Source: a virus
Virus record (IMG/VR): IMGVR_UViG_3300045988_064981
Span: 1-34,585 of that record
DNA length: 34,585 nucleotides
Reading direction: 5' to 3' (one strand)
Shown piece by piece: positions 15,751-25,875 of this stretch. The notes under the pieces are model-generated. The model saw only the letters and a list, made by a program, of their open reading frames with translations. It was not told the DNA's origin and made no database searches. Numbering within the stretch: the stretch's first letter is position 1; each line of letters opens with the position of its first letter. The position numbers and the translations under genes are program-made.

Positions 15751-18700
15751 GCGTAACGCGCACAATATCGACAAAACTGGCCATCGAGGGCGAGGCCGAA
15801 TATCAAGCCAAAGTCAGAGAGTGCAACGCGGCGCTGAAAGAGACCGGATCGGCGCTGGATCTGGTCAACGCCAAGTACGACGCCAACGACAAGAGCATGG
15901 AGGCGGTCAAGGCACGCGGCGAGGCACTTGAGGCCATGTACGACGCGCAAAACAAAAAGCTGACGGAGTCCCGCGCCGCGTTGGAAAACGCCCGGCAAGC
16001 GCAGGAAAAGCATGGGAAAACCGTGGACGATCTCAAAAAGCGGCTGGCAGACGCGACCGACGAGCTCAACAAAATGACCGAGAGCGGCGAGGACAACGAG
16101 GAGCAGCAAAAGGCGCTCAAGGACGAGATCGACAAGCTCAACAAGGAGCTGGGCATCGCACAGAACATGTATGACGCAGCGTCCAAGGGCGTGACCAACT
16201 GGACGATCTCGGCCAATAAGGCCGAGGCCGATCTCTACAAGCTCCAGCGCCGGATCGAGGAGAACAACAAGACGATGGAGGACACGCCCGGAACGGCGAA
16301 AGAGGCAGGCGACTCGCTGGGCTACTTGGGCAAGATGGGCGAGGACGCCAAGTCCATGATCGGTGATTTTTTGGGCAAGGCAGCGGAGATGGCCACGCTT
16401 GCGGGCATCATTGGGATCACAAAGCAGCTCGGCCAAGCGCTCTATGATATGGCGGACGCCTATATGGAGGCGGCAGCAACCATCGAAAAAGCCACCGGCG
16501 CGACCAAGGACGGCCTGAACGACATGACCAACACGGCCTATGAGGCGCTGGCGCAGACGTACACCACGCTGGACAACATCTCCGGCGCGGTCGGCGAGAT
16601 CAACACGCGCTTTGGCGTGACGGGCGACGATTTGGAGCGCCTGACGGTGATGTTTGCGGAGTTTGCCCGCATCACCGGCAAGGACGTCGTGGGCGCGGTG
16701 CAGCAGGTCTCCAAAATCGAAAAAGCGTGGAATATCGACATGGCGGACACGGAGCTGCTCATGGACAAGCTCGCCAAGGGCGCGCAGGCATCGGGCATCT
16801 CGGTAGACAGCCTCTCCTCCATGCTAATCGAAAACAAGGCGCAATTTACCTCGCTGGGGTACGGCCTCGACGAAGCAATCGGGCTGCTGTCCATGATGGA
16901 GCTGGAGGGCGTCAACGCGTCCCAGGCGCTGGCCGGTCTGCGCGCAGCCGCGAATAAGCTGGCCAGAGCGGGCAAGGACAGCAAGGACGGCATCCAGGAG
17001 TATATCCAGGCGATCAAGGAGGCAAAGACGCAAACCGAGGCGGCAAAGATCGGCCTGGAAGCCTTTGGCGAGGACGCGGGAGGCACACTGGTCGAGGCGA
17101 TCCGCTCGGGGCGGTTTGAACTCGGCGAGTGGACGGAGATGATTGCAACCGCGGACGGCACCCTGCAAGCAACTGCGGACACCTCCAAGACGTTTGGCGA
17201 GATCTGGCAAAACGTCAAAAACCAAGTCACGGCCAGCATCCAGGAGATCGGGCAGCAGATCGACCAGATGACGGGCAAGACGGCGGACGCGCTGACGCAG
17301 TCCGATGCGATGCTTGCCGATGCGCAGAGCAATTACGAGGCGTCTAGCAACCGCATCGCCGCGGCGAGCACGGTGGCTGCTGAATACGTCGCCCGGCTGG
17401 ATGCGTTGGAAAAGCAGGGCGTGACCACGAGCGAGGCGCAGCAGGAGTACAACAACCTGATTGAGCAGCTCAATACCATCATGCCGGAGCTCAACCTCCA
17501 ACTGGACGAGCAGACCGGACTGCTCAAGGGTGGCGCGGAAGCCTTGCTGGATAACGTCGAGGCATGGAAACAATGGGCGACGCAGCAGGCCATGCAGGAC
17601 AAGTACACCGACACGCTCAAGGCATACGGACAGGCGCAGGTTGAGGTTGCCGAAAACACTGTCAAGCGCGCGGAAGCACAGGAAAAGGTCAATAAGGCGC
17701 AGGCGGAATATAATGCCGCATATCTTTTGTGGCAAAAAGCGCTGAGCGAAGAGGATTATGACGCGGACATCCCAAGCTTAGAGGACGCGTGGAAAGATGC
17801 TGGTGCTACCCTCCGAAAAGCGCAAACAGAGCTCGAGAATTACGACAAGGCGCTCGATGACGCCAACGAAACGATGGAGGACTGCAACGAGCAGATCGAG
17901 GCCATGGGCAAGGTGCTCGATGAGACCACTGACACCACGGTGGAGGACACCGAGGACATGGCGGACAGCTGGGAGCAGTACGCCGAGAGCGCGGGAGCGG
18001 CGGTCGAAGCGATCAATGCCGAGCTGGCCGCGCTGCAAGAGGAGTACAAGGCGGCGTATGATACGGCGCGGACGGCCATCGACGGACAGATCTCCGCATT
18101 TAAGGAGATGCACCAGGCAACGGCGCAGGAGGCGCAAGCTGCTGCCGAAGCACTGGGCAAGGCGCTTGAGAGCCAGATCCAGTATTTGGCCGAGTACAAC
18201 GCCAATTTTGAGGATCTAATGAGCCGCAACATTGACGGCATCGACAAACTGGCCTCCGCCCTCGCGGACGGAAGCGAAGAGAGCGCGGCCATCCTTGCCG
18301 GCCTGTCCGACATGACGGACGAGGAGATCGAGGACATCATCGACAAGATGGGCGACGTCGAAAAGGGCAAAGACGTATTTGCCGAAAACGTGGCCAAGAT
18401 GCAGACCGACTACGACGAGCGGATGGAGGGCATCCGCACCAAGACGCAGGAGGTCATGGAGGACGTGGTGCAAAAGCTCAACGAGAGCGAGCGCGCCTAC
18501 GCCAGCGCGGCGTCCACCGGCGCAGCCGTTGCGGAGGGCTTGCAGTCGCAGGTCGGCGCGATCCAGGCGGTTGCGGACGAAATCAACAGCATCCTGCAAA
18601 GCATCGGCAACATGGCCGACCAGGTGAGCGCCAAGGCAGGCAAGATCAAAAAGCCGGGGCAGAGCAAAAATGGAACGTCGGCGGCGGTCGGATTGTACAG

Positions 18701-18923
18701 CGTCCCGTATGACGAGTTTGAGGCAGTGCTCCACCAGGGTGAGCGCGTGCTGACGGCAGCGGAGGCGCGCGTCTACAACGCCGCCGAAAAGAGCGGAAAG
18801 CTCACAAACAACAACGACAACTCCAAGACCGTCAACGTCGGCGGCATCACCATCAACGACGGCGGAAATGGCCGAAAGGTGGCGCGGCAGGTCGAAAAGG
18901 CCATCAGGAGGGCGCTGAGATGA
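15747..18923 (+). CDS. Tail tape measure protein
   Basis: 1058 aa. Coiled-coil rich, with a TP901-type core-like region (GISVDSLSSMLIENKAQFTSLGYGLDEAIGLLSMMELEGVNASQALAGLRAA). Confidence 0.9.
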   Translation: MSVTRTISTKLAIEGEAEYQAKVRECNAALKETGSALDLVNAKYDANDKSMEAVKARGEALEAMYDAQNKKLTESRAALENARQAQEKHGKTVDDLKKRLADATDELNKMTESGEDNEEQQKALKDEIDKLNKELGIAQNMYDAASKGVTNWTISANKAEADLYKLQRRIEENNKTMEDTPGTAKEAGDSLGYLGKMGEDAKSMIGDFLGKAAEMATLAGIIGITKQLGQALYDMADAYMEAAATIEKATGATKDGLNDMTNTAYEALAQTYTTLDNISGAVGEINTRFGVTGDDLERLTVMFAEFARITGKDVVGAVQQVSKIEKAWNIDMADTELLMDKLAKGAQASGISVDSLSSMLIENKAQFTSLGYGLDEAIGLLSMMELEGVNASQALAGLRAAANKLARAGKDSKDGIQEYIQAIKEAKTQTEAAKIGLEAFGEDAGGTLVEAIRSGRFELGEWTEMIATADGTLQATADTSKTFGEIWQNVKNQVTASIQEIGQQIDQMTGKTADALTQSDAMLADAQSNYEASSNRIAAASTVAAEYVARLDALEKQGVTTSEAQQEYNNLIEQLNTIMPELNLQLDEQTGLLKGGAEALLDNVEAWKQWATQQAMQDKYTDTLKAYGQAQVEVAENTVKRAEAQEKVNKAQAEYNAAYLLWQKALSEEDYDADIPSLEDAWKDAGATLRKAQTELENYDKALDDANETMEDCNEQIEAMGKVLDETTDTTVEDTEDMADSWEQYAESAGAAVEAINAELAALQEEYKAAYDTARTAIDGQISAFKEMHQATAQEAQAAAEALGKALESQIQYLAEYNANFEDLMSRNIDGIDKLASALADGSEESAAILAGLSDMTDEEIEDIIDKMGDVEKGKDVFAENVAKMQTDYDERMEGIRTKTQEVMEDVVQKLNESERAYASAASTGAAVAEGLQSQVGAIQAVADEINSILQSIGNMADQVSAKAGKIKKPGQSKNGTSAAVGLYSVPYDEFEAVLHQGERVLTAAEARVYNAAEKSGKLTNNNDNSKTVNVGGITINDGGNGRKVARQVEKAIRRALR

Positions 18924-19792
18924 GACAAAACGAGGCCATCCAGTGGATTAGCCCCAGTGGCGAGGCGATCACCATCGCCGCGTTGGGAACGCCGGTGCAT
19001 CTGGACGAGGTGCGCGGGCTGGACGGGTTGGAGCAGGACATCTACACCGTCAAGGGAAGCGGACAGGCGGGTTTGAGCGTGGCGGGCGCGACGCTGATGG
19101 AGCGGGAGATCGAGATCACGGTCTCCATCGCGCGCAACCACGTCCCCTACCGCCGTGCGCTTCTGCGCGCGTTTCGCCCGGCCTCTACGCCGGGCACGCT
19201 GGTATTCCGCCGCGGCGAAGAGTCGTGGCACATCTCCGCATATGTCGAGACTGCCCCGGTGTTTGAGCTGGGCGTGCTCGAGACGGGCACGATCACGCTG
19301 CTCTGCCCCTCCCCCGCGCTGCTGGCGGGCGATGCGGACGCAACGGGAAGCGTAGACATTGCCGAGTGGATCGACGACATCGAATTTGATTTTGAGATCC
19401 CCGCAGAAGGGCACACGTTGGCGCATCGTGCGCCGCAGCTGATCGTGGACGTGTACAACGACGGCGATCTGGAGGCGGGCACGCGGATCGTGTTTGCCGC
19501 CAACGGCGCGGCGAAAAACCCGAGCCTGGTCAACGTCCAGACGCAGGAGAAAATCAGCCTGACGATTACCTTGCAGGCGGGCGACCTGCTGGAGGTCAAC
19601 ACGGCCTACGGCAAAAAGCGCGTCACGCTGACGCGCGACGGGGCGCAGAGTAACGTATTTAACCTGCTGGACGCGGGCAGCACGTGGATGCAGATGCATC
19701 CGGGCGACAACTTTTTGAGATTTGCCGCGGACGAGGGCGCGGACAACCTCGACGTGCGGATCTATTCATCGTCGGCTTACTCCGGCGTGTAA
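18920..19792 (+). CDS. Distal tail protein (Dit, siphovirus tail component)
   Basis: ATGA overlap with the tape measure gene. 290 aa. Assigned by synteny. Confidence 0.7.
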   Translation: MRQNEAIQWISPSGEAITIAALGTPVHLDEVRGLDGLEQDIYTVKGSGQAGLSVAGATLMEREIEITVSIARNHVPYRRALLRAFRPASTPGTLVFRRGEESWHISAYVETAPVFELGVLETGTITLLCPSPALLAGDADATGSVDIAEWIDDIEFDFEIPAEGHTLAHRAPQLIVDVYNDGDLEAGTRIVFAANGAAKNPSLVNVQTQEKISLTITLQAGDLLEVNTAYGKKRVTLTRDGAQSNVFNLLDAGSTWMQMHPGDNFLRFAADEGADNLDVRIYSSSAYSGV

Positions 19793-19802
19793 GGAGGGGA
19801 GA

Positions 19803-20942
19803 TTGTTGGTATTCCAAGTATATTCGCCCGCGGGATCGGCGCTGGGGCTGGTGGAAGCCTATGAGAGCGTCACGTGGACGCGCCGCCTGTATGAGGCGGG
19901 AGAGATTGAGATCGTAGCCCCTGCCACGCCGGAGCATCTGGCGCTGCTCAAGGACGGCAACATCGTCGTGCGCGATATGACGGACGGCGATGCGGCGATC
20001 ATCGAGGGCGTGGAGCTGGAGCGCGACGAAGAGGGCAGCACGATCACCGCGACCGGGCAACTGCTTGCGGGCGTGCTGGCGCGCCGCATCGTCGCACAGG
20101 ACACCGCGCTGACCGGGGACGCGGAGAGCGTCATGCTCAAGCTCATCGGTGACAACTGTGTGAGCGTGGACGCCGCGCGCAAGATCCCCGGCATGAGCGT
20201 GCCCGACAGCCAGGGGCGCGGCGGCGAAGTCACCGAGTCAAAGGCGCTGGGCAAAACGGTGCTCAAGGCGCTGACCGACATTGCGGAGACGCAGGGCGTC
20301 GGGTTTAGGGTTTGCTGGCCGAGTTGGGCGGTGCAGATCGTCATGGGATTGGACCGCACCAAGGCGCAGACCGCAAACCCGCGCGCGATCCTGTCCGTGG
20401 AGGGCGAGACGCTGAATGCCATCAGCTACAAGCATGACAGCGCGGGCAGCGTCAACGCCGCGACGGTGTACTGCGATATGCGCAGCAGCGGCACGAGCCT
20501 CAACAGTTTTTCCGAGGCGGTCGGCTCCGCCTCGGGATTGGAACGCCGCGAGATCTATCTGACCGCATCGCCCAAGGACGCGGTGGTGACGGTGGAGATC
20601 CGCCCGGCGGACAAGGGCGGCGGCAAGGTGGTCACGACCGACTACACTGCGGGCGCGATCAACGTCGGCAAGCAGGCGCTTGCCGAATACGCCGTTGAGG
20701 ACGCAGTCAGCGGTCGCACGTCCAACCTCGGCGGGCTGGTGCTGCGGCAGGACTTTGATCTGGGCGACAAGGTGACGATTGTCAGCACCGAGTGGGGCAT
20801 CGAGCAGGACGCGGTGATTACCGAGACCACGGAGACCTACGACGCGGAGGGCGTGCAGGTTGAGATCGTATTCGGCAAGCGCTCCACGGTGCGGGAGCTG
20901 CTGACCAAAGATATAGACAAGGAGATGGGACGCAATGGCTGA
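19803..20942 (+). CDS. Tail-associated protein, Siphovirus Gp37-like
   Basis: TTG start (19803 or 19806) after AAGGAGGGGA. VYSPAGSALGLVEAYESVTWTRRLYEAGEIEIVAP resembles the Gp37-like N-terminus. Confidence 0.6.
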   Translation: MLVFQVYSPAGSALGLVEAYESVTWTRRLYEAGEIEIVAPATPEHLALLKDGNIVVRDMTDGDAAIIEGVELERDEEGSTITATGQLLAGVLARRIVAQDTALTGDAESVMLKLIGDNCVSVDAARKIPGMSVPDSQGRGGEVTESKALGKTVLKALTDIAETQGVGFRVCWPSWAVQIVMGLDRTKAQTANPRAILSVEGETLNAISYKHDSAGSVNAATVYCDMRSSGTSLNSFSEAVGSASGLERREIYLTASPKDAVVTVEIRPADKGGGKVVTTDYTAGAINVGKQALAEYAVEDAVSGRTSNLGGLVLRQDFDLGDKVTIVSTEWGIEQDAVITETTETYDAEGVQVEIVFGKRSTVRELLTKDIDKEMGRNG

Positions 20943-22056
20943 GTTGTATTTTCCGTTTGCGTCGGTCTCGGGTGACCGAAAGGTGGGCCCGGAGATCTAC
21001 GAGCGGATGCTGGGCGACATGTTTACGGCGGGTGTGTTTCCACGGGGCGAAATGTTGGCGGTCGCGCCGGCGAGCGGAATGCAGATCACGCTCAAGACCG
21101 GCGGCGCGGTGCTGATCCGCACGGACGCAACGTCCGCAGGTCCGCGCGGCTACCTGTACAGCAACACGGCGGCGCAGACGCTGACCTGCAATGTGGCCGA
21201 CGGCGTAGCCGGGCGCATTGACGCGGTTGTGCTGCGATGGAGCCGCACAGCGCGCAGCGTGACGGCGGCGATTGTGACGGGCACGCCTGCGGCAACGCCC
21301 ACCGCGCCCACGCCGACGCGGACAGCGGACACGTGGGAAATGTGTCTGGCACAAATCAGCGTTGCGGCGGGCGCGACGGAGATCACGGCGGCGCAGATCA
21401 CCGACACGCGCGAGACGGAGCTGTGCGGCATTGCATCCAGCATCGCGCAGCTGGACAGCGCGGATTTTTACGCCCAGCAGACGCAGCTGCTGAATAACTG
21501 GCTGGCCGATGCGGATGATGACGCCAAGGCGCAGCTTGCGCAGCAGGCGTCGGATTTTAACACCTGGTTTGAGGCGACCAAGACGAGCGCGACCGAATAC
21601 TTTGCCGAGCAGGAGACGACGTTTGAGAACTGGTTTGCTGGGATCAAAAACACGCTGGGCACGGATGTAGCGGGAAGCCTGGGCATGGCAGTCGAAGCGC
21701 TGCAAACCGACGTCGGGACGCTCAAGACCAATGTCTCCGCGCTGCAAACCACGGCGACGGGATTGCGCACCGATGTGGACGCAAAGCAGCCCAAGCGGAT
21801 CACAAGCACCAACGTCAGCGTGGCTACGTCGGCGTGGGTGGCGGACAGCACGTACAGCGACTATCCCAAGGCTGCAACTGTGTCCATCTCCGGCGTAACG
21901 GCAACCATGGTGCCGGAGGTGGTATTTGCACCGGGCGATGCGACCAGCGGCAATTATGCCCCGGTCGCCGTATGCGTGGCTGGTGGCGTGAAGGTTTTTG
22001 CGGCAGAAGCACCTGAAGCGGCGATTACGCTGCTGACGATTGTGGTATGGGGGTGA
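20935..22056 (+). CDS. Tail fibre / receptor-binding structural protein with central coiled-coil
   Basis: 373 aa. It follows the Dit and Gp37-like genes. Heptad-like segment LLNNWLADADDDAKAQLAQQASDFNTWFEATKTSATEYFAEQETTFENWF. Confidence 0.6.
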   Translation: MAELYFPFASVSGDRKVGPEIYERMLGDMFTAGVFPRGEMLAVAPASGMQITLKTGGAVLIRTDATSAGPRGYLYSNTAAQTLTCNVADGVAGRIDAVVLRWSRTARSVTAAIVTGTPAATPTAPTPTRTADTWEMCLAQISVAAGATEITAAQITDTRETELCGIASSIAQLDSADFYAQQTQLLNNWLADADDDAKAQLAQQASDFNTWFEATKTSATEYFAEQETTFENWFAGIKNTLGTDVAGSLGMAVEALQTDVGTLKTNVSALQTTATGLRTDVDAKQPKRITSTNVSVATSAWVADSTYSDYPKAATVSISGVTATMVPEVVFAPGDATSGNYAPVAVCVAGGVKVFAAEAPEAAITLLTIVVWG

Positions 22057-22060
22057 GTGT

Positions 22061-23338
22061 ATGGCAGTAGGACGGACAAATGCATCGGCAAAGGGCGGCG
22101 GGGTTGATTTGAGCATCGTGTACTCTGACACGCAGCCACCAACTGATGCGGGGGAGCTGTGGGTCAAAGACTCCGCCGCGGCGAAGAGCGTGTATGTTAC
22201 GCCGTATGCGGAGCTTGCGAATTACGTTGTCACTGAGGACACTGGATGCGTTAATACGACCAGGTTATATTGCGCAGGAGCCGGAAGCTACAATGGCAAG
22301 ATATACTGGATTGCGTGGTCCGGCAGCTTGTACGGTAGCGCAAAACTCTCTTTATACAGTTATAATCCACAGACAAATGCAGTAACGGCAGAGCTTAGTA
22401 ATTTTTTTACTATGTCCGCGTATCAAAATATGTCGAATGTAATTGCGGCTGAACTGAAAGGGAACAAGTTTTTTGTGGCATCGTCTGGCCCCGACCTCCG
22501 ATTAGCAGTGTTGGATATTGACACCTTGGTGTACACGATAAACACGAACGCAGAAATCCTTAACAATGATAATTCGAGTTACACGAACAGCAGATATGAC
22601 TTTGGGTTGTCTGCGGACGGAAGCAAATTATATAGCGGGGGAAATGATTCCAAGTACCTGTATGTCTACGACACAATAACAAAGACATCGACAACGTACT
22701 ATGGGAAGGTTGGCAAGAACCCTCAGTATTTTTTTGACGATGGAACTTATATCTATATCATCCATGGGTATGACAACAAAGCAATATCTGTGCTCCGATC
22801 GTCGAATTTTGATGTGGTTACAACGACCAGCGCACTGCCCGGTTATGTAAGAGCGTGCTTTATGGTTGGCGGATCAATATATATCGGTATAGGCCCGACC
22901 TCGATATATAAGTTGGAGTATAACGGTAATGCCATATCGTTTGTTCATGTTTCCGATTCTGCCCCGGAATGGGCAGAATCAACTGCTTATAATTCGGCAC
23001 AAAAGTATGGAGACTTGTTCGGGACCGTCGGCCAATATACACATAGTGCCTATGCAGCAATTGGCGATACGTTATATTGCATTTGTGCTGGTGGATCGGG
23101 CATATCGTCCAATGACGTGCCGATAAAACGTGTCAAGTTTTCGGCGGCGGCGTATGCGCATGACGCGCTGATCGTGACCACTACCGGAGCGCCCAAAAAC
23201 AGAACAAAACTGGTTACATCGGACGGGTTTAACGTCAAAATCAATGTCAACAAATTGTACAAGACAGACAACGCGGGCAACATGACCGAGGTCGACGGGT
23301 ACAGCAAAAATTTGGCCGGAGAGTGGGTCAAAATATAA
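22061..23338 (+). CDS. Kelch/beta-propeller-like repeat protein (probable host-recognition tail protein), AT-rich
   Basis: Six blade-like repeats (GKIYWIAW, GNKFFVAS, GSKLYSGG, GTYIYIIHG, GGSIYIGIG, GDTLYCICAGG). Codon usage is visibly AT-shifted relative to the flanks. Confidence 0.7.
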   Translation: MAVGRTNASAKGGGVDLSIVYSDTQPPTDAGELWVKDSAAAKSVYVTPYAELANYVVTEDTGCVNTTRLYCAGAGSYNGKIYWIAWSGSLYGSAKLSLYSYNPQTNAVTAELSNFFTMSAYQNMSNVIAAELKGNKFFVASSGPDLRLAVLDIDTLVYTINTNAEILNNDNSSYTNSRYDFGLSADGSKLYSGGNDSKYLYVYDTITKTSTTYYGKVGKNPQYFFDDGTYIYIIHGYDNKAISVLRSSNFDVVTTTSALPGYVRACFMVGGSIYIGIGPTSIYKLEYNGNAISFVHVSDSAPEWAESTAYNSAQKYGDLFGTVGQYTHSAYAAIGDTLYCICAGGSGISSNDVPIKRVKFSAAAYAHDALIVTTTGAPKNRTKLVTSDGFNVKINVNKLYKTDNAGNMTEVDGYSKNLAGEWVKI

Positions 23339-23351
23339 GGGGGGGCTTGCG

Positions 23352-23648
23352 ATGTGGACTTATGAAATGTATGCGGCACGCGACACGACTAACGAAAAAA
23401 TGAATCTTGTACGTGAGAGATTTGGCTTTGCCGGAAAGGATGCGTATTTTTTGCTGCGCGATGGAGTGGTTTACATGGTGCAATGGGCTGGACAATATCC
23501 GGAGCAGTACGGAGCAACGCTTGAAGAGGCGGCGGCTAATCACTGCACGGCACTAAATGCCGAAACCGATCCGCAGCCGGCATCGACAACCGACGCGGCG
23601 ACGATGGAGGCCGCGCTGAATGAGTTGGGGGTGATTACTCGTGAGTAA
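23352..23648 (+). CDS. Hypothetical protein (98 aa)
   Basis: SD AAGGGGGG, ATG at 23352. No motif recognised. Confidence 0.55.
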   Translation: MWTYEMYAARDTTNEKMNLVRERFGFAGKDAYFLLRDGVVYMVQWAGQYPEQYGATLEEAAANHCTALNAETDPQPASTTDAATMEAALNELGVITRE

Positions 23649-24060
23649 GGTAAGATCGGACATCCTCCGGCAGGCGCAGGAGATCCGCAAGGCGACACAG
23701 ACCCTCGCGGCCTACGCGCCGGACGAAGTGGCACTGGCGGCTCCTGCGGTGCTGTTTGACACATGGAGCGCGAGCGGGGTGGCCTATGCCAAGGGCGACA
23801 TCCGGCAGTACAACGGCCTGCTGTACCGCTGCGCACAGCCGCACACATCACAGTCTGACCGGACACCGTCCGCTGCTGAGTCCCTCTGGACTCGGATCGC
23901 AGACCCGACGCAGGAGTGGCCGGAGTGGATTCAGCCGACCGGGGCGCACGACGCATATGCCAAGGGCGCAAAGGTCAGCTATAACGGCAAGCACTGGGTT
24001 AGCACGGCTGACGCTAATGTGTGGGCGCCTGGAACATATGGTTGGGAGGAGGCGACCTGA
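23641..24060 (+). CDS. Protein with two carbohydrate-binding CBM5/12-like repeats
   Basis: AYAKGDIRQYNGLLYRCAQPHTSQSDRTPSAAESLW and AYAKGAKVSYNGKHWVSTADANVWAPG fit the Y-x-G-D/x-V-x-YNG...W pattern. Confidence 0.6.
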   Translation: MSKVRSDILRQAQEIRKATQTLAAYAPDEVALAAPAVLFDTWSASGVAYAKGDIRQYNGLLYRCAQPHTSQSDRTPSAAESLWTRIADPTQEWPEWIQPTGAHDAYAKGAKVSYNGKHWVSTADANVWAPGTYGWEEAT

Positions 24061-25310
24061 TGCACATCCGAGTCAAGATCACCCGCGACAGGAGCGGCAG
24101 GGTTGTGACGATGGAGATGGAGGACTATCTCAAGGGCGTGGTGCCGTCTGAAATCAAGGCGGAGACCTGTCCGATGGAGGCGCAAAAGGCACAGGCTATT
24201 GCCGCACGAACGTATGCCATCCGCAAGACCATCGACCGCCGCAGCAAGCCCTACGACGTGGACGATACCGCCGGATATCAGGCGTATGGAGCGCGACCGC
24301 GTCACAAAAACAGCGACGCGGCAGTGGAAGCAACGCGCGGACTGGTGCTGATGTACGGCGGCAAGCTCATTGACGCGGTCTACACCGACAGCAACGGCGG
24401 TCGCTGCGTGTCCTCCTTGGAGCGCTGGGGCAGTGCTGTCCCCTACCTGATCGACCAGCTCGACCCCTATGACAACTCCGGCAAGGTGCGCGGGCATGGT
24501 GTAGGACTGAGCCAGACCGGAGCTGCCACAAGGGGAAAAGCGGGGCAGACATGCGCGGAAATCCTCGGATTTTATTATCCGAGGGCGGTGATAAAAAAGC
24601 TGAAGGAGGCCGACAAGATGAATCTCGATGCAAAGCTGTCCGAGAATTTTACGCTGCGGGAATTTTATGACCCGGCGAACTATGTGGACGTGCTCAAGGG
24701 CAAGGCCGCACCCATCGTGCAGCCCAGCGACATTGACCACCGCATCATCGCCCTGCTGGAAAAGCTGCGGGCGAAGTACCGCCAGAAATGGCCGGGCGTG
24801 GTGATACGCATCCGACCGCATGGCGGCTACCGTCCCGATCCGCTGAACAAGCTGGTGGGCGGCGCACCCGGAAGCCAGCACCGCAAGGGCAACGCGGCGG
24901 ATTATAGCGTCGTGGTGCTTGGCAAGGCAATCGACGCGCCGACGCTGGCAGTCTGGACGGAGCATTACATGCAGGAGCTGGGCATCAAGGGCGGCATTGG
25001 GATGTACAAGGCCACCGACAATTACATCCATGTGGACGCGCGCGGAAAAAATGTCGCCTGGTACGACAGTTATTCTTCGGCCGGCTGCCCCGGACAGGGT
25101 GGTCGGCCTTGCACGTACCGCAAGGGCAGCAAGGGTGCGGGCGTGGTGCTGATCCAGCGGTATCTGGGCATCCCGGCAGATGGCAAATACGGCCCCAAAA
25201 CGATGGAGGCCGTGAAGGAATGGCAGGCGGAACACGGATGCACGCCGGACGGCATCTTTGGGCGCGAGACCAACCGCAAGATGGGCTATGTGCTGCCCTG
25301 GGAGGTGTAA
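24060..25310 (+). CDS. Three-domain endolysin: SpoIID/LytB-like, Peptidase_M15 (DUF882-type) and PG_binding_1
   Basis: YLKGVVPSEI...EAQKAQAIAARTYA (SpoIID-like). FTLREF...SQHRKGNAADY...IHVDAR (M15 zinc ligand pattern). GAGVVLIQRYLGIPADGKYGPKTMEAVKEWQAEHGCTPDGIFGRET (PG-binding). Confidence 0.8.
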   Translation: MHIRVKITRDRSGRVVTMEMEDYLKGVVPSEIKAETCPMEAQKAQAIAARTYAIRKTIDRRSKPYDVDDTAGYQAYGARPRHKNSDAAVEATRGLVLMYGGKLIDAVYTDSNGGRCVSSLERWGSAVPYLIDQLDPYDNSGKVRGHGVGLSQTGAATRGKAGQTCAEILGFYYPRAVIKKLKEADKMNLDAKLSENFTLREFYDPANYVDVLKGKAAPIVQPSDIDHRIIALLEKLRAKYRQKWPGVVIRIRPHGGYRPDPLNKLVGGAPGSQHRKGNAADYSVVVLGKAIDAPTLAVWTEHYMQELGIKGGIGMYKATDNYIHVDARGKNVAWYDSYSSAGCPGQGGRPCTYRKGSKGAGVVLIQRYLGIPADGKYGPKTMEAVKEWQAEHGCTPDGIFGRETNRKMGYVLPWEV

Positions 25311-25313
25311 GCC

Positions 25314-25643
25314 GTGACGCAAGAGACGATCCTGTACGGGCTGCTCTTTATCCTCGCGCTTGTGCCGCTTGCGAATGTGATTATCGCCGCCGTCAATCTC
25401 TGGCGCTCCAAAAACAAGGACACCAAGGGAGACAGCGCCCAAGCGACAACGCTGCTGGTGGAGATCGGCGCAATCAAGAGCGGAGTTGAAGACATCAAGG
25501 CCGAACAAAAGGCGCAGGCCAAGACCAACATAGAGGTCTTGCAGCGGCTCACGGCGGTGGAAGAGTCCGCCAAGCAGGCACACAAGCGCATCGACCGCAT
25601 CCAGGAGGGGCGCGATTATCAGGACGGCGGTCACGGTGGCTAA
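25314..25643 (+). CDS. Holin-like protein, BhlA/UviB-like topology (N-terminal TM plus coiled-coil)
   Basis: GTG after GGGAGGTG. ILYGLLFILALVPLANVIIAAV followed by the charged helix GVEDIKAEQKAQAKTNIEVLQRL. Confidence 0.5.
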   Translation: MTQETILYGLLFILALVPLANVIIAAVNLWRSKNKDTKGDSAQATTLLVEIGAIKSGVEDIKAEQKAQAKTNIEVLQRLTAVEESAKQAHKRIDRIQEGRDYQDGGHGG

Positions 25644-25662
25644 GCTGAGCAAAGGCACGCGG

Positions 25663-25872
25663 ATGGCGAACAAGGTGCTGTTGTTTTTGGCAGTGTATCT
25701 GATCCTGTTTACGGTGGCCGAGACCATCGTGTTTTGCACCACCGGGCAGGAGCAGACCGAGCTGGTGAACATGACCTTTACGGTTTTTGGTGTAGAGCTG
25801 GGCGGCCTGCTGGCAAAGCGAATCGCTGAAAAGGTATTTGGCAAAAATAAAGATGCAGATACGGAGGAATAA
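25663..25872 (+). CDS. Small membrane protein (two hydrophobic segments), lysis cassette
   Basis: ATG at 25663 (alternative GTG at 25636). VLLFLAVYLILFTVAETIVF and FTVFGVELGGLLA. The SD is weak. Confidence 0.45.
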   Translation: MANKVLLFLAVYLILFTVAETIVFCTTGQEQTELVNMTFTVFGVELGGLLAKRIAEKVFGKNKDADTEE

Positions 25873-25875
25873 ATT

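Noticed and set aside
15513-16436. 307-aa - strand ORF, together with similar ones at 16538..17332, 16824..17735, 17840..18397 and 18773..19699
   Set aside because: All lie antisense to the tape measure and Dit genes. They have low-complexity translations and no SDs.
20818-22167. 449-aa ORF on the - strand over the tail fibre gene
   Set aside because: The product is extremely Arg-rich (RRRGRGGRCRRRARHNRRRH). It is antisense to a + strand gene that is translationally coupled to its neighbours.
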